A stretch of DNA of 64,000 nucleotides from the NCBI RefSeq assembly GCF_009914755.1, contig NC_060939.1; one strand, given 5' to 3'. The position numbers and the translations under genes were made by a program. Within the stretch, counting starts at the first letter, position 1. Each line of letters begins with the position of its first letter. The notes beneath the pieces were generated by a model. It searched no databases, was not told where the DNA came from, and was given only the letters and a program-made list of their open reading frames with translations. This DNA is from the human T2T-CHM13v2.0 reference genome, Homo sapiens. Of the stretch, positions 44,616 through 64,000 are shown one piece after another.

Positions 44616-46787
44616 TCAAAAAAAAAAAGTAGTACCAATACATATACAACATGTTTGAATACTATGTTAAGTGAAAGAAGCCAAACATGAAAGACCACAT
44701 ATTATATGATTCAATTTAAATGAAAATGTCTATAAAAATAAAATTTATAGAGATAGAAAGCAGACTCGTGGTTGTCTTAGGCTAGGATGGGAGTGGGAAT
44801 AATTGTATATATAGGCACAAGGTTTCTTTTTGGGATGATGGAAATGTTCTATAATTATACTGGGGTTGACAACTGCACAATTCTGTGTACACTTACAATA
44901 TACTTACAATCAGTAAATTGTACATTTTGGTATGTACATTTAAGACAGGTGAATTTTATGGTATATAAATTATACTTCAATAAAGCTTTAAAGGGAGTGA
45001 AGGAAATCATAATTGTAATGGTAAAGTCTCATTGCAAAGGATTTATACACTACAAATTCCATTTTGTTTCATGTCTCATATATTTGACAGCACCTTTGTT
45101 GGGGCAACAATACAGGATTATCCCTTTTCCACCAAGAGCATTTGACAATGTAACTAAAACTACTTTAAAGCAATGGTCAGGCCTCTATGCGCTTTTGAAG
45201 TGCTATTTGATAATACACAAAAAAGTGAAGAATCTGAAATGGTATTAAGGGTTGAAGACAGTGATTATAGAAACTGGCAATGATAGCCTTTTAATGAAAA
45301 AAAGGAACAAAAGAAATAAGGTCTTAAGAGAATAAAAGATTGAGAAGAGGCCAATACACTAACTGTATATAACTATCCTGAACATTGGATATAGTGCATA
45401 TTTTCTTAAAGACAATACAGTGTTTGCTAATACCTTTAGTGTATTGTCCTAAGAAGGTAGAAAAACAGAAGCATGTAGAAGGAATTGGAGGGATAAATTC
45501 TCTTTACATAGTAGCTGTCACCTACCAGAAAAATGAAAAGGGATCTTTCTATATAATCTACTACAATGGCTGCCAAATCAAAGGATTAAACAGCTCTAGG
45601 CTGGGAGCGGTGGCTCACACATGTAATCCCAGCACTTTGGGCGGCCGAGGTGGGTGGATCATTTGAGGTCAGGAGTTTGAGATGAGCCTGACCAACATAG
45701 TGAAATCCACTCTCTACTAAAAATATAAAACTAGCTGAGCATGGTGGTACACGCCTGTAATCCCAGCTACTTGGGAGGCTGAGGCAGGAGAATCACTTGA
45801 GCCCGCGAGGCAGAGGTTGCAGCGAGCCACTGTACTCCAGCCTGGGTGACAAGAGCAAAACTCTGTCTTAAAAAAAAAAAAAAAAAAAAAAAAGGATTAA
45901 ACAGCTCGAAGTGTTCACATACTCCACATCTACTTAAAATAATGAGAAAAACTCATCATACAGGAATGGAACACATCTAGACTTTTGTTTGTAACACCTT
46001 AAGTTACAGCTCAAGATCAAGTTAAGCTTTCTTTTTCCATTAATATACTACAATATATTTATCACTTACATTGTATTTAACTCTGTAATTTTACGAGGCA
46101 ATTTCATTCCTCCTCTTGAAAATCAAAGCATAGTTGTGTACAAAGAAACTTTCTCCTCCAGTTACTACTACACAGTCATTCCCACTATGGCAAAGGGTAT
46201 GTGTAGTTATCTCTCAAGAATCTTGAAGGTGAAAACAGTTTATAACCACTATAATACAATACATAAATAAGAAATAAAAGGGTTTTAGAACGTAAAAGCT
46301 TTAGTCTATTTTTTTTAACCCAGAGATGTCAAGTAACTAACCCAAAGACAGTTAATAGCAGATCACAGGACGTAGAATACATGCCATTCAACCACATTTC
46401 TATTTTCGTTAATTGAATTCAATTTGTTCTCAACTGGAATAAACATTTTCAATCCGAATAACCAACTTTAAACAGCGTATTGAAGCCAAATAAGATGACA
46501 GTACTAATTTTTCTGAGGAGATAACAACAGGTGGACAGGTGAACATAAGCTATAAGCTATCTACCATCCTTCCTTCATCTAACATGGGTAACCTTTTCCT
46601 CTCTTTTCTAAGGCCCACCAGGAGATTCATGGGGCCTTATCACAAGTTTTCCCATGAGGCAGCTACCATGTAAAAAATGAAAGGGAAGGGTGAACATGAA
46701 CTTTTTTCTTCAAGAATTTCAATGGGCCGGGCGTGGTGGCTCTCACCTGTAATCTCAGCACTTTGGGAGGCCAAGGAGGGCAGATCA

Positions 46788-47174
<387 letters not shown>

Positions 47175-47351
47175 TTATCTGTAGTTATGTTTCAAAATGC
47201 AATACAGATCAGGTTAAAAAAAGAAGGTGATAAGAATGGATCTAAGAAAGCCAAGGCTGATCTCAATGGGACTGGTGCTTACAATGGAATATTAAAAAGA
47301 CTATTTTCAAAGGCTGTTTTGTGAAGTGAAGCCAAGTCCAAAAATAATGGT

Positions 47352-47737
47352 TGTCTTAGCTCGTTTTGTGCTACTACAACAGAATAGCTGAGACTGGGTA
47401 ATTTATAAAGAACAGAGGTTTATTTTGTTTAGTTCTAGAGGCTTGGAAGTCCAAGACTGAGGGGCCCATATCTAGCAAGGGCCTTTTTGCTTCCTCATCC
47501 CATGGTGGAAGGTAGAAGGGTAAGTGGGCAAAACAGAAAGCAAAAGGGCCAAAGTTACTTTTATAACAAACCCACTTTAACAATAATGAACCTGCTCCTA
47601 TGATAAAAATATTAATCTATTCATGACAGAGCCCTCATGACCTAATCATCTCTTAACAGTCCCACCTCTCAACACTGTCACATAGGGGATTAAGTTTCCA
47701 ACACGTGAACTCTGGAGCGCACATTGAAACCATAGCA
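47352..47737 (-). mobile_element. MST-type (MaLR) solo LTR
   Basis: TG...CA termini with perfect 5-bp TSD ATGGT (47347-51 and 47738-42); MaLR motif GACTGGGTAATTTATAAAGAA. Confidence 0.88.
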
Positions 47738-49003
47738 ATGGTATTTTTTTTTGTTTGTTTTTTAAGAGATAAAGTCTCATAGGTTGCCCAGGCTGGCCTC
47801 AAACTCCCGGACTCAAGAGATTCTCCCACTTCAGCCTCCAGAATAGCCAAGACTATAGGCACACAACATCCCACCTGGCAAGCAACAGTATTTTAAAAAG
47901 CAGAATAGAAAACTAAATGCATAGTAAGATCCAGGTTTTTCAAAAGAGATATAGGTAAGATCTATCCAATCAAAAAAGGTCTATCAAAACATTAACAGAA
48001 ATTATTTATTGTTGGTGGGATTATGGGTGCTCCCCCCCACCATCACTTAACATGTTTTTCTATTTTCTACAACAAACACGAATTATTTTTATAATTTGAA
48101 GAAATAAATATTTTAACTTAATGAGATCACTATCTTATAAAACATGGCTTAATCGTATAACTCCCTTATAGTAAACAAGCAAAAAAGGTGGAAATGCCAA
48201 TACATGGAGGTAATATTTCATAAGAAGAATCTATTTTAACTTTTCCAAAATTAGGACAGCTTCATCTAATTTTCTCAGTTCTTGCTTTCTCACCTCAATT
48301 TGGACTTTGCTCCCACAAACCCTTTTTAAAAATCTTTGATTTCTCCCTTTGAACTTATTCCTCCCTTCTGCTTTCAAACATGATCAGATTTCCGTGATCA
48401 ACTCCTATACTCTTTCTCTGCTTCCCTTTCCTGCCAAATTTCTACAATGAGTGCTTTTTAGCTTCCATTTTCTCTTTAACTCTTTGTAATCTTGCTTTTA
48501 TTTTGCTCTCTCATCTGAAAAAAAAAAATGCGTCTTGAATTAAACCTATATAGGAGCCTTTATAGCACTGATGATGCTCATCAAAGTCAGCCAAGCCAAC
48601 TCTAAAGACATTGCTCATTCTTCATCACCATTTAGCTCTTTCGTCACTTCAGGGCCCTTCCCTGACTCTTTCTGTTCATACGACACAGTTGTCCTGACTC
48701 TCCTTGTTCCCTTACCATTTTTCTGGTTCCTTTTCCTCCAGCAGCTCCTCTCTCTACTGAAATTGAAGAAATATGCTTTCATGGCTTCAGTTATTTCTCT
48801 CGACCCAGGTCTTCTTTAATTTCTTTGTATTTGGCTCCTCGGTCAGCCACTGCTAGGTCCAAGTCAACACATCTAAATCTCTTCAATGTCAAACCAACTT
48901 GCTGCCCTTCCTAGCTATCACATTTGAAATGACTGGCAAAATTCTCTCAGACTGGAAACATGGGAGTTATTTTGACTCCTTTCTCCTTCCTTCTAACAAA
49001 TCA

Positions 49004-49117
<114 letters not shown>

Positions 49118-49792
49118 CTAGGCAACATAGTGAGACCCGTCTCCAAAAAAAACCAAACCAAAGCAAAACAAACAAAAAACCTTCCTTCAAAATATTTCAC
49201 AGATCCATTCAGATCTTCCTTCTTCCACTGTCAGAACTATAGCCCCATAACTTCAAGCCTAAATCACCATAACAATTATTTGATTTTCCTGCCACCAGTC
49301 TTCTCCTGGTCCTTGCAAATCATCCTATACAAGTGTTACCTATAGTGTTCATGGTAAAATACTACTACAGAATTTCCAAAGTAGTGCTGTAGATTTTAAT
49401 GGATGCTGTATGGTGTTCAAGTACATTTGGATATGCTGCACGTTAAACTATTTCCTGGAATTTAAATATATTAAAAAGGCCCTAAGAAGTTGGCACAATT
49501 TTAATCCATGATTCCCAGACTTAGCCATCATCCTATCTTATTTTTATTTTAGAAGATACATAAAAAATTTGAAAAATGTAGATTTCCAAGAAACATAGTT
49601 TTTGGAACTGATTTGCTACACCAAGACTAAACTATTTATCTAAATATCGAAGACATACTCTCGTTTCTCTTCAGATCGTATTAATCTTTCACCTCTTAAA
49701 TACTGAAGGTCTTCATAATTAGAGACATTACTATTAAAAATTAATAATTAATTTTTTAAATTAGAAGGGAGAAAACACAAAACATTCCAGCA

Positions 49793-50122
49793 TATACATA
49801 TATATGTCCATATATATATCCATATATATACATATATATACACATATATATGTCCATATATATACACATATATATGTCCATATATATATCCATATATATA
49901 CACATATATATGTCCATATATATATCCATATATATACATATATATGTCCATATATACACATATATATGTCCATATATATATCCATATATATACACATATA
50001 TATGTCCATATATATATCCATATATATACATATATATATGTCCATATATATCCATATATATACACATATATATAGTCCATATATATATCCATATATATAT
50101 ATCCATATATATATATATATAT
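49793..50122. repeat. AT-rich minisatellite built from (TA)n with a ~34-36 bp higher-order unit
   Basis: Repeated TATATATGTCCATATATATATCCATATATATACACA variants; source of the IYMDIY/HIY ORFs. Confidence 0.95.
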
Positions 50123-50696
50123 GGATGGGGAGGAGAAAGGGTTTTGCTGGGGAAAGATTCCACTACGATAGTGTTAACAGTATCATTAAAAATAACAGAT
50201 AGACTTTATCAAAAATTTACCATATGCCAGGTGTAGGCACTGAAGACATATTATCCTCTTTCTATAGGTAAGAAAATAAAGGCATAAAAAGATTAAATAA
50301 TTTGCCCGAGATTAAACAACGAAAACAAGTAAGAGTCTGCACTGGAACCCAGGTGTTCTGTATCCATTGCCTATATTCTTAACGAATACACTGTAATGCC
50401 TCCCAATTAATATGAGAGATTAAGGGCTGAATGTATAAACAGATGATACAGTTTTCATCACTTTCTAGCTCATGATTTTTGGCAGGTCATTTATTCTATT
50501 CTAAATCTGTTTTCTCAAATGCAAAATGAGAATATTGTGAAAATCAAAATGAGATTACACGTAAGTTATTACTGCTATTATCACCAATAATACTTATAAG
50601 AAATATAAACATATACAATTACGGTGTTCTGGAAGGCAAATTTGACAGCATTGTAAAGCAAATGAAATATAATCACATCTCAGTATGCCCTCATTT

Positions 50697-50828
50697 AGAG
50701 TGACCATAGAATTTATCATCCAAACTAGGACACTTTTGAGAGTGAAAGGAGTTACTATTAAAAATTATGCTGGGACAATAGGCATAAATCAGATCAGTCC
50801 CACGAATATTGGGATATATGTTCACCCC
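50697..50828. mobile_element. MER94-like hAT-Blackjack MITE
   Basis: AGAGTGACCATAGAATTTATCATCCAAACTAGGACACTTTTGAGAGTGAAAGG...ATGTTCACCCC. Confidence 0.7.
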
Positions 50829-52121
50829 ACCTGAGGTAAATGTTTACCATCCTAGACTGGTTTATTCATGATTTTTTTCTATACAAATGACTAACTACTC
50901 AGCAATAAAAAAGAATGAACTACTAATAAACATGACAACCTGGATAAGTCTCAAATGCATTATACTAAGTGAAAGAAGCCAGATTCGAAAGGCTACATAT
51001 TACATAACTTCATTTTCATGACATTCTAGAAAATAAATATGGATAAGAAAAATATCAGTGATTGCCAGAGACAGGGAAGGAAGCTGACTAAAAAGGATAA
51101 GAGGAAACATTTTGAGGAGAGGGACATGTTCTGTATTTTGATTGTGGTGGTAATTACACAACTGCCAAAACTCACGGAAAGGATACCTCAATAATCTGAC
51201 TTAAAAATAAATTGGGGCACACAGCTATCCATGGCTTTTCACTAGACTCCTTGGATACCTGGCATTTGCTTGACAGAGCTGAGAAATATGGCGCCCCTTG
51301 GCCCACATCCATTCTTTTGTCTCCAGGAAACTGGTTACTCTTCAATCCTGGAGGTGCCAGAAACATTCCTCAAAGTATCTGGAATTTTCGTTTTGACTGG
51401 CGACTACCAAGGCCAGCTCTACCGGTTTTGTTTGCTCCTCTCAGCTGTGTGGGCTGGGTCTGACCCTGCAGACTGGGGATGCCCTCAGTACCCTTTGTAT
51501 GCAATGATGTGGGGTAAGTGCTGTCAGGCCAATGGGAGTTAAAACTTAATTTGCAAAGGCCTCCAGGCTCCTCCTGCCCCTCCCAGCTCTCTGGAAAGCT
51601 TTCTACTTACTATGCAGGTAGGTATCACAACTTACAATCTGGGTAAAAAATTAAAGACTCATCCGAATTTTTAAAGGCTGGTGCAGCTAAAAAGATTAGG
51701 TCAAACAGATCCATGTTCAAATTCCCAGCTTTCCCACTTAACTAGCTCTATAACCTTGGAAACAGCTGAATCTCACTTTTTTAAATCTATTAAAGACATT
51801 TATGTATTTACCTTGCCTCACTCCAAAAGAAAGAAAAACCTGCAGACAATAAAATACGATTATTTTTTAATAGAGGAGGAAACTAGAATAAAGAGAAAGG
51901 GGAATAAATAAGTTAATTACCAAATTCTTAAAACCTGAGAGAATATTTTGATGTTCAAAGTGATTTCAAAGTGGTAGGCAAAGTTTGGCAGAGTACTAAC
52001 ATTAGAATGCCATGCAGAGATCAAGTGATTCCATTTATGAGAAGAGGGCAAAAACTTAAGAAACTACCACATTAAATCTTTTACAAGAAGCAGAGGGGAA
52101 AAGGTAGAAACTCCTAAACTC

Positions 52122-53511
<1,390 letters not shown>

Positions 53512-53837
53512 TCTAAAGGACTCTAGATCCTTGTCTTCGTTGATTTCTTCCTTCACTATCTCTTTTTGTACTTAGTGAATACTGCACAGTTTAAGACTTA
53601 ACAATCTACAAATAATTGAAGGCCTAAAGGTAAGATATGACTGGGCACTAACTAATCCAGGTGTGTCTCCTCTTGCCAAATAGACTGCAAAACTTCTCTT
53701 GGGCAGCAACTGCATTTCGTATATTTACGTATGCAATGTAAATTGTAAATCAATGATTATTAGATTAGTTAATATAAATGTATACCTATAGATATATAAC
53801 CTCCAGTGAACAATGAATACCATCACACTCAAAATAC

Positions 53838-58083
<4,246 letters not shown>

Positions 58084-58162
58084 TGTTTCAGTACTGCTAT
58101 TTTAGGGTTCATTTCTTAAACAATTAAAAGGAAGTGTATGTATTCAATCCAGCATGTACTGA

Positions 58163-58381
<219 letters not shown>

Positions 58382-58849
58382 TAGTAGAGACAGGGTTTCA
58401 CCATGTTAGCCAGGATGGTCTCGATCTCCTGACCTCGTGATCCCCCAGCCTCGGCCTCCCAAAGTGCTGGGATTACAGGCGTGAGCCACCGCGCCCGGCC
58501 TGGAAGTACATTCTTATTTCTAAGAAGCTTACAATCTAGTGGGGACGAATAACAAGGAAGCCAATGAATATGAATAATGAGTGCTATAAAAGAGGAACAG
58601 ATTACTAAACAGGTTACTAAAAACGCAGAAGCAGTTCATCTAATTTAAGAGGCAATGAAGCATCCCAGAATACACCTTGGGTCACAGTAGACACACTGGT
58701 CCCGAAGACAAACAGGAAATTGTAAACATGAAATAAAGGAAAGCTGTCTAGTTAAGCAACCACAGTAAAACTCTTGTATACTCAAAATTCAGAATCCAGA
58801 GCTTTCCACATTTCCGAATTTCCAGTTCTTCTCCAGATATGGTTCCTCA

Positions 58850-59409
58850 ATTTGAGCATCAATAGAAAGCAAAAACAGTTAAAGAAGGTAATGGGAAACT
58901 TTACAATGGATAAATCAGGTTGACAACATCTAAGACACTAATCAATTTTAGCATCAAAAAAAGAGACAACCAGACATTATATGAATCCTGATATGATACA
59001 ACAGGAAATATTAACAACACTACTAATAAATATTCTTGCCAAAAAAAATCAAACCTGAACATAATCAAGCTTCAACTGCCTGTTACCAACTACCAGTTTA
59101 ATGGAAATACAGAAGACACAGGAACCTGTTAATGCGACCATGAGGATGCAATTAGAAAAATCCAGAAAACTTTCTTTGGGATAGATGACTCAGTGTTCTC
59201 AACAAACGCTTTGCAAGAAAATAAAATAAGAGGATGAGGCTACATATTAAAAGACACTTCAGGACTATATCAACTAAATGCAATGTTTGGATGTTGCTTA
59301 GATCCTAGTTTAAAAAAAACAAAACTTAAAATGTATATCCTCCCCAACCACTTGAATGTATTTCTGTCACTATAGTTTGCCTTTTCAAAAATTTCATATA
59401 AATCATAGA

Positions 59410-59444
<35 letters not shown>

Positions 59445-59900
59445 GTAGGGCTTCTTTCACTTAGCATAACTAGTTTGAGAATCATCCATGCTGTTGCATG
59501 CATGTATCAATGGTCTATTCCTTTTTATTGTTAACAGACTGTTAACATAACAGTCTATTAGGTGGCTATACCACAATTTGTTTATTCACCTACTGATGGA
59601 CATTTGGGTTGTTTCCATTTTTCACTATTATTAGTAAAATTACTGTAAGTCATGTAAACTTGTATGAACATATGCTTTCATTTCTCATGGGTAAATACCC
59701 AGAAGTGAAATGGCTGGGTTTTATGGTAGGTGTATGTTAAACTTTTAAAGAAAATTGCCCAACTGTTTTTACAGTGATTATACAATTTTACATTCTGATC
59801 AGCCGTGTATGAGATAGAAGAATTATTATTAATCATTGTTAATTATTTTTAGTTGAATGGTAGTGTGGTTATGTGTTTTTTTATTGTTGTTGTTGAGAGT
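58850..59900. mobile_element. L1M 3' fragments in both orientations, with (TA)n at 59413-59441
   Basis: Minus-strand L1M motif GATGGACATTTGGGTTGTTTCC...GAAGTGAAATGGCTGGG embedded in plus-strand L1ME-like sequence. Confidence 0.55.
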
Positions 59901-60012
59901 CTTTTAGAAATCCATCCTGGCTGGGCGCAGTGGCTCACACCTGTAATCCTAACACTTTGGGAGGCCGAGGTGGGCGGATCACGAGGTCAGGAGATCAAGA
60001 CCATCCTGGCTA

Positions 60013-60204
<192 letters not shown>

Positions 60205-60550
60205 TCAAAAAAAAAAAAAAAAAAAATCCATCCTACAGATAAAATGAGATTACATTTAGGATTTGCACAGAATAGGGAGTATCAACGAAGTAAGATATGT
60301 TGATAATTGCTGAAGCTGGGTAATTGTAAAGTTTATTATACTATCCTCTCTGCTTTTTTATATGATTAAAAATTCAGTCAGGCGCAGTGGCTCAAGCCTG
60401 TAATCCCAGCACTTTTGGAGGCCGAGGCAGGTGGATCACCAGGTCAGGAGATCGAGACCATCCCAGCTAACACGGTGAAACCCTGTCTCTACTAAAAGTA
60501 CAAAAAATGAGACAGGTGTGGTGGCACGTGCCTGTAATCCCTGCTACTCA

Positions 60551-60691
<141 letters not shown>

Positions 60692-61307
60692 TTACAAGAA
60701 ATAGGATACCAGACTATTTCAGTGAACAAAGCCAATTCATGGGAGACATACATATTTACGGCAATGCTCTGCAATGATACAGAGAAAATGGCATGTCTCT
60801 TGCTTTTAGGCCTAGAGGGTGGTGGTCTCTTCAATGACTGTATACGAAATCGACTTTGTTTCAGTAAGTAATGTGAAAGTCCGGGGAGGGAGAAGAGACA
60901 GAAACAAAAACAGACGTGTGTAGAAAGACTACGTGCTGTCCCTCCTTCCCACTCCATACTCCTGGATTTGGGTATAGGGAGAAGGATGCATAGAAGAAGA
61001 AAAAATCAGGAATAAATATGGAAAAAATAATCTCTCTCCTTTTAGAATATCCCCCAGCAATCACTGAATGCTTCCACAAAGGTGAACCTGGGAGCTGGGG
61101 ATCAACAGTATTAAACGTTTTTACTTTATGTCCTCTTTATACCAAATTTTGCATCTCATAAGTATTACTTTAAAAATAACTTAAGGCTTGCCGGGCGCGG
61201 TGGCTCACGCCTGTAATCCCAGCACTTTGGGAGGCAGAGGCGGGCGGATCATGAGGTCAGGAGATCGAGACCATCCTGGCTAACACAGTGAAACCCCGCC
61301 TCTATTA

Positions 61308-61565
<258 letters not shown>

Positions 61566-62104
61566 TCACTTGAGGCCAGGAGTTTGAAACCAGCCTGGCC
61601 AATATGGCAAAATCCCATCTCTACTAAAAATACAAAAATTAGGCAGGCATGGTGGCATACGTCTGTAATCTCAGCTATTCAGGAGGCTGAGACACAAGAA
61701 TCGCCTGAACCTGGGATGCGGAGGTTGCAGTGAACAGAGATGGCGCCACTGCACTCCAGCCTGGGAAACAGAGCAAGACTCTTGTCTCAAAAAATAAATA
61801 AATTAATTAAAATATCACCAGTAGGCTGGGCATGATAACTCATTCCTGTAATCCTAGCAATTTGGGAGACAAATGCAGTTGGGTCGCTTGAGCCCAGGAG
61901 TTTGAGACCTGCCTGGGCAACGTGGTGAAACCCTGTCTCTACAAAACATACAAAAATTAGCCGGGCATAGTGGTGCACACCAGTAGTCCCAGCTACTCAG
62001 GACGCTGAGGCAGGAGGGTCGCTTGAGCCCAGGAGGTTGAGGCTGCAGTGAGCCAAAATTGCACCACTGTACTCCAGCGTGGGTGACAGAGAAAGGCCCT
62101 GTCT

Positions 62105-62146
<42 letters not shown>

Positions 62147-62195
62147 CCAGCAAAATCACCAGTAATTCAACCACTTTTCCTCCCATGCAGTTTAG

Positions 62196-62477
<282 letters not shown>

Positions 62478-62884
62478 TAGGCGTGAGCCACTGCACCCAG
62501 CCTGCAGTTTAGTTTTATATGCTGCATTTTGTCATTAATATTATATTTTCCTACATGTTAAAAGATTTTTTTTTGAAAATATGATTTAGGGCCAGGTGCA
62601 GTGGGTCATACCTGTAATTCTAGCACTTTGAAAGGCCAAGGCGGGAGTAGCACTTGAGCCCATGAGTTTGAGGCCAGCCTGGGCAACATACTGAGACCCT
62701 GTCTCTATAAAAAATAAGAAAAAAAAACTTTAAAAATTACATGAGCATGGTGGCACGCGCCTGTAGTTCCAGCTACTTGGGAGGCTGAGGTGGGAGGACA
62801 GCTTGAGCCTGGGAGGTGGAGGCTGCAGTTAAGCTGAGATTGTGCCACTGCACTCCAGCCTAGAAAACAGAGCAGGACCGTGTG

Positions 62885-63824
62885 GAGGTGGGGTTGGGAA
62901 GGGAAAGCCTCTGCATAACCAAAGAATCAACAAAGTGAACAGACAGTATCTACAAACTATATATCTGACAGTGGACCAATATCCAGAATTTATAAGGATC
63001 TCAGACAATCAGACAACTGAACAAAAACCCCCAAATAATCCCATTAAAAAACAGGGTAAGAACACAAATAGACATTCTTCAAAAGAAGACAAATGGCCAA
63101 GAAGCATGTGAACAAATGTTCAATATCACTAATCACAGAAATGCAAATTACAACTACAATGAAATATCATCTTACACCAATCAGAATGGCTATTATTAAA
63201 AAGACAAAAAGTAACAGATAACAAGGGTGTGGAGAAAACAAACTCATATACTATTTGTGGGAATGTAAATTAGTACAACCTCTATGGAAAACAGCACAGA
63301 GATTTCTCAAAGAACTAAAAACGGAACCACTATATGATCCAGCAATCCCACTACTGGGTATCTACCCAAAGGAAAATAAATCATTATATCCAAAAGACAC
63401 CTGCACTCATATGTTTATTGCAGCACCAATTTATAATAGGAAAGATATGGAATCAACCCGTGTCTTATCAACAGAGGACTGGATAAAGAAAATGTGGTAC
63501 ATATACAATATGGGATACTATTCAGCCTTAAAAAAGAATGAAATAATGTCTTTTGTAGCAACATAGATGGAACTGGAGGCCATTATCTCAAGTAAAACAA
63601 CTCAGACACAAAGACAAATACTGCATGTCCTCACTTATAGTAATGTGTACATATGAAAGCAGTGTGGAATAATAGAGAATGGAGACTCGGAGAGGTAGGG
63701 GTGGGAGAAAGGTGGATGATGAAAGCTTGCTTGATGGGTAAAATGCGTGTTGCTCTAATGATCCATGTACTGAACCTCCTGACTTCACCACATGCAATAT
63801 ATCAATGTAGCAAAATTGCACTTG
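62885..63824 (+). mobile_element. L1 3' fragment (L1PB/L1MA)
   Basis: [12 protein letters not shown]...[17 protein letters not shown]2 C-terminus and 3'UTR. Confidence 0.85.
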
Positions 63825-63847
63825 TATCCTATAATCCCAGATACTCA

Positions 63848-64000
<153 letters not shown>

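Noticed and set aside
44787-45248. 153-aa ORF
   Set aside because: It begins in an L1M 3' end, is AT-rich and has no recognisable domain.
49748-50236. Five overlapping 94-135 aa ORFs (IYMDIY/HIY repeats)
   Set aside because: Artefacts of translating a TA-rich minisatellite.

Overview
Primate (human-like) genomic DNA, AT-rich and repeat-dense; not prokaryotic. The minus strand carries the complete coding region of KATNBL1 (C15orf29, katanin p80-like regulatory subunit). Nine coding exons run from ATG 31920 to TGA 10577, all with GT-AG junctions read from the sequence; they total 915 nt (304 aa). The non-coding first exon was not found and is presumably beyond position 64000. Intron 2 holds a 7.27-kb decayed HERV-I/HERVIP10-type provirus (LTR10 family, tRNA-Pro PBS, gag-pro-pol-env remnants) in the same orientation as the gene, ending 25 nt from the exon 3 splice acceptor. 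Intron 1 holds a full-length but dead L1PA (6.15 kb, with TSD) nested in an older L1M, MaLR and MER4-group LTR elements, DNA-transposon fossils, an AT-rich minisatellite and many Alus. Most ORF-track entries are repeat-derived or spurious. I see no convincing new biological system. The best leads are: the LTR terminus supplying a candidate branch point for exon 3, LTR- or L1-driven alternative KATNBL1 5' ends, a hairpin plus templated-insertion repair scar, a duplicated poly(A)-signal module, and an unexplained antisense exon-like island. Repeat subfamily names are from memory, and repeat coordinates without a stated TSD are approximate.
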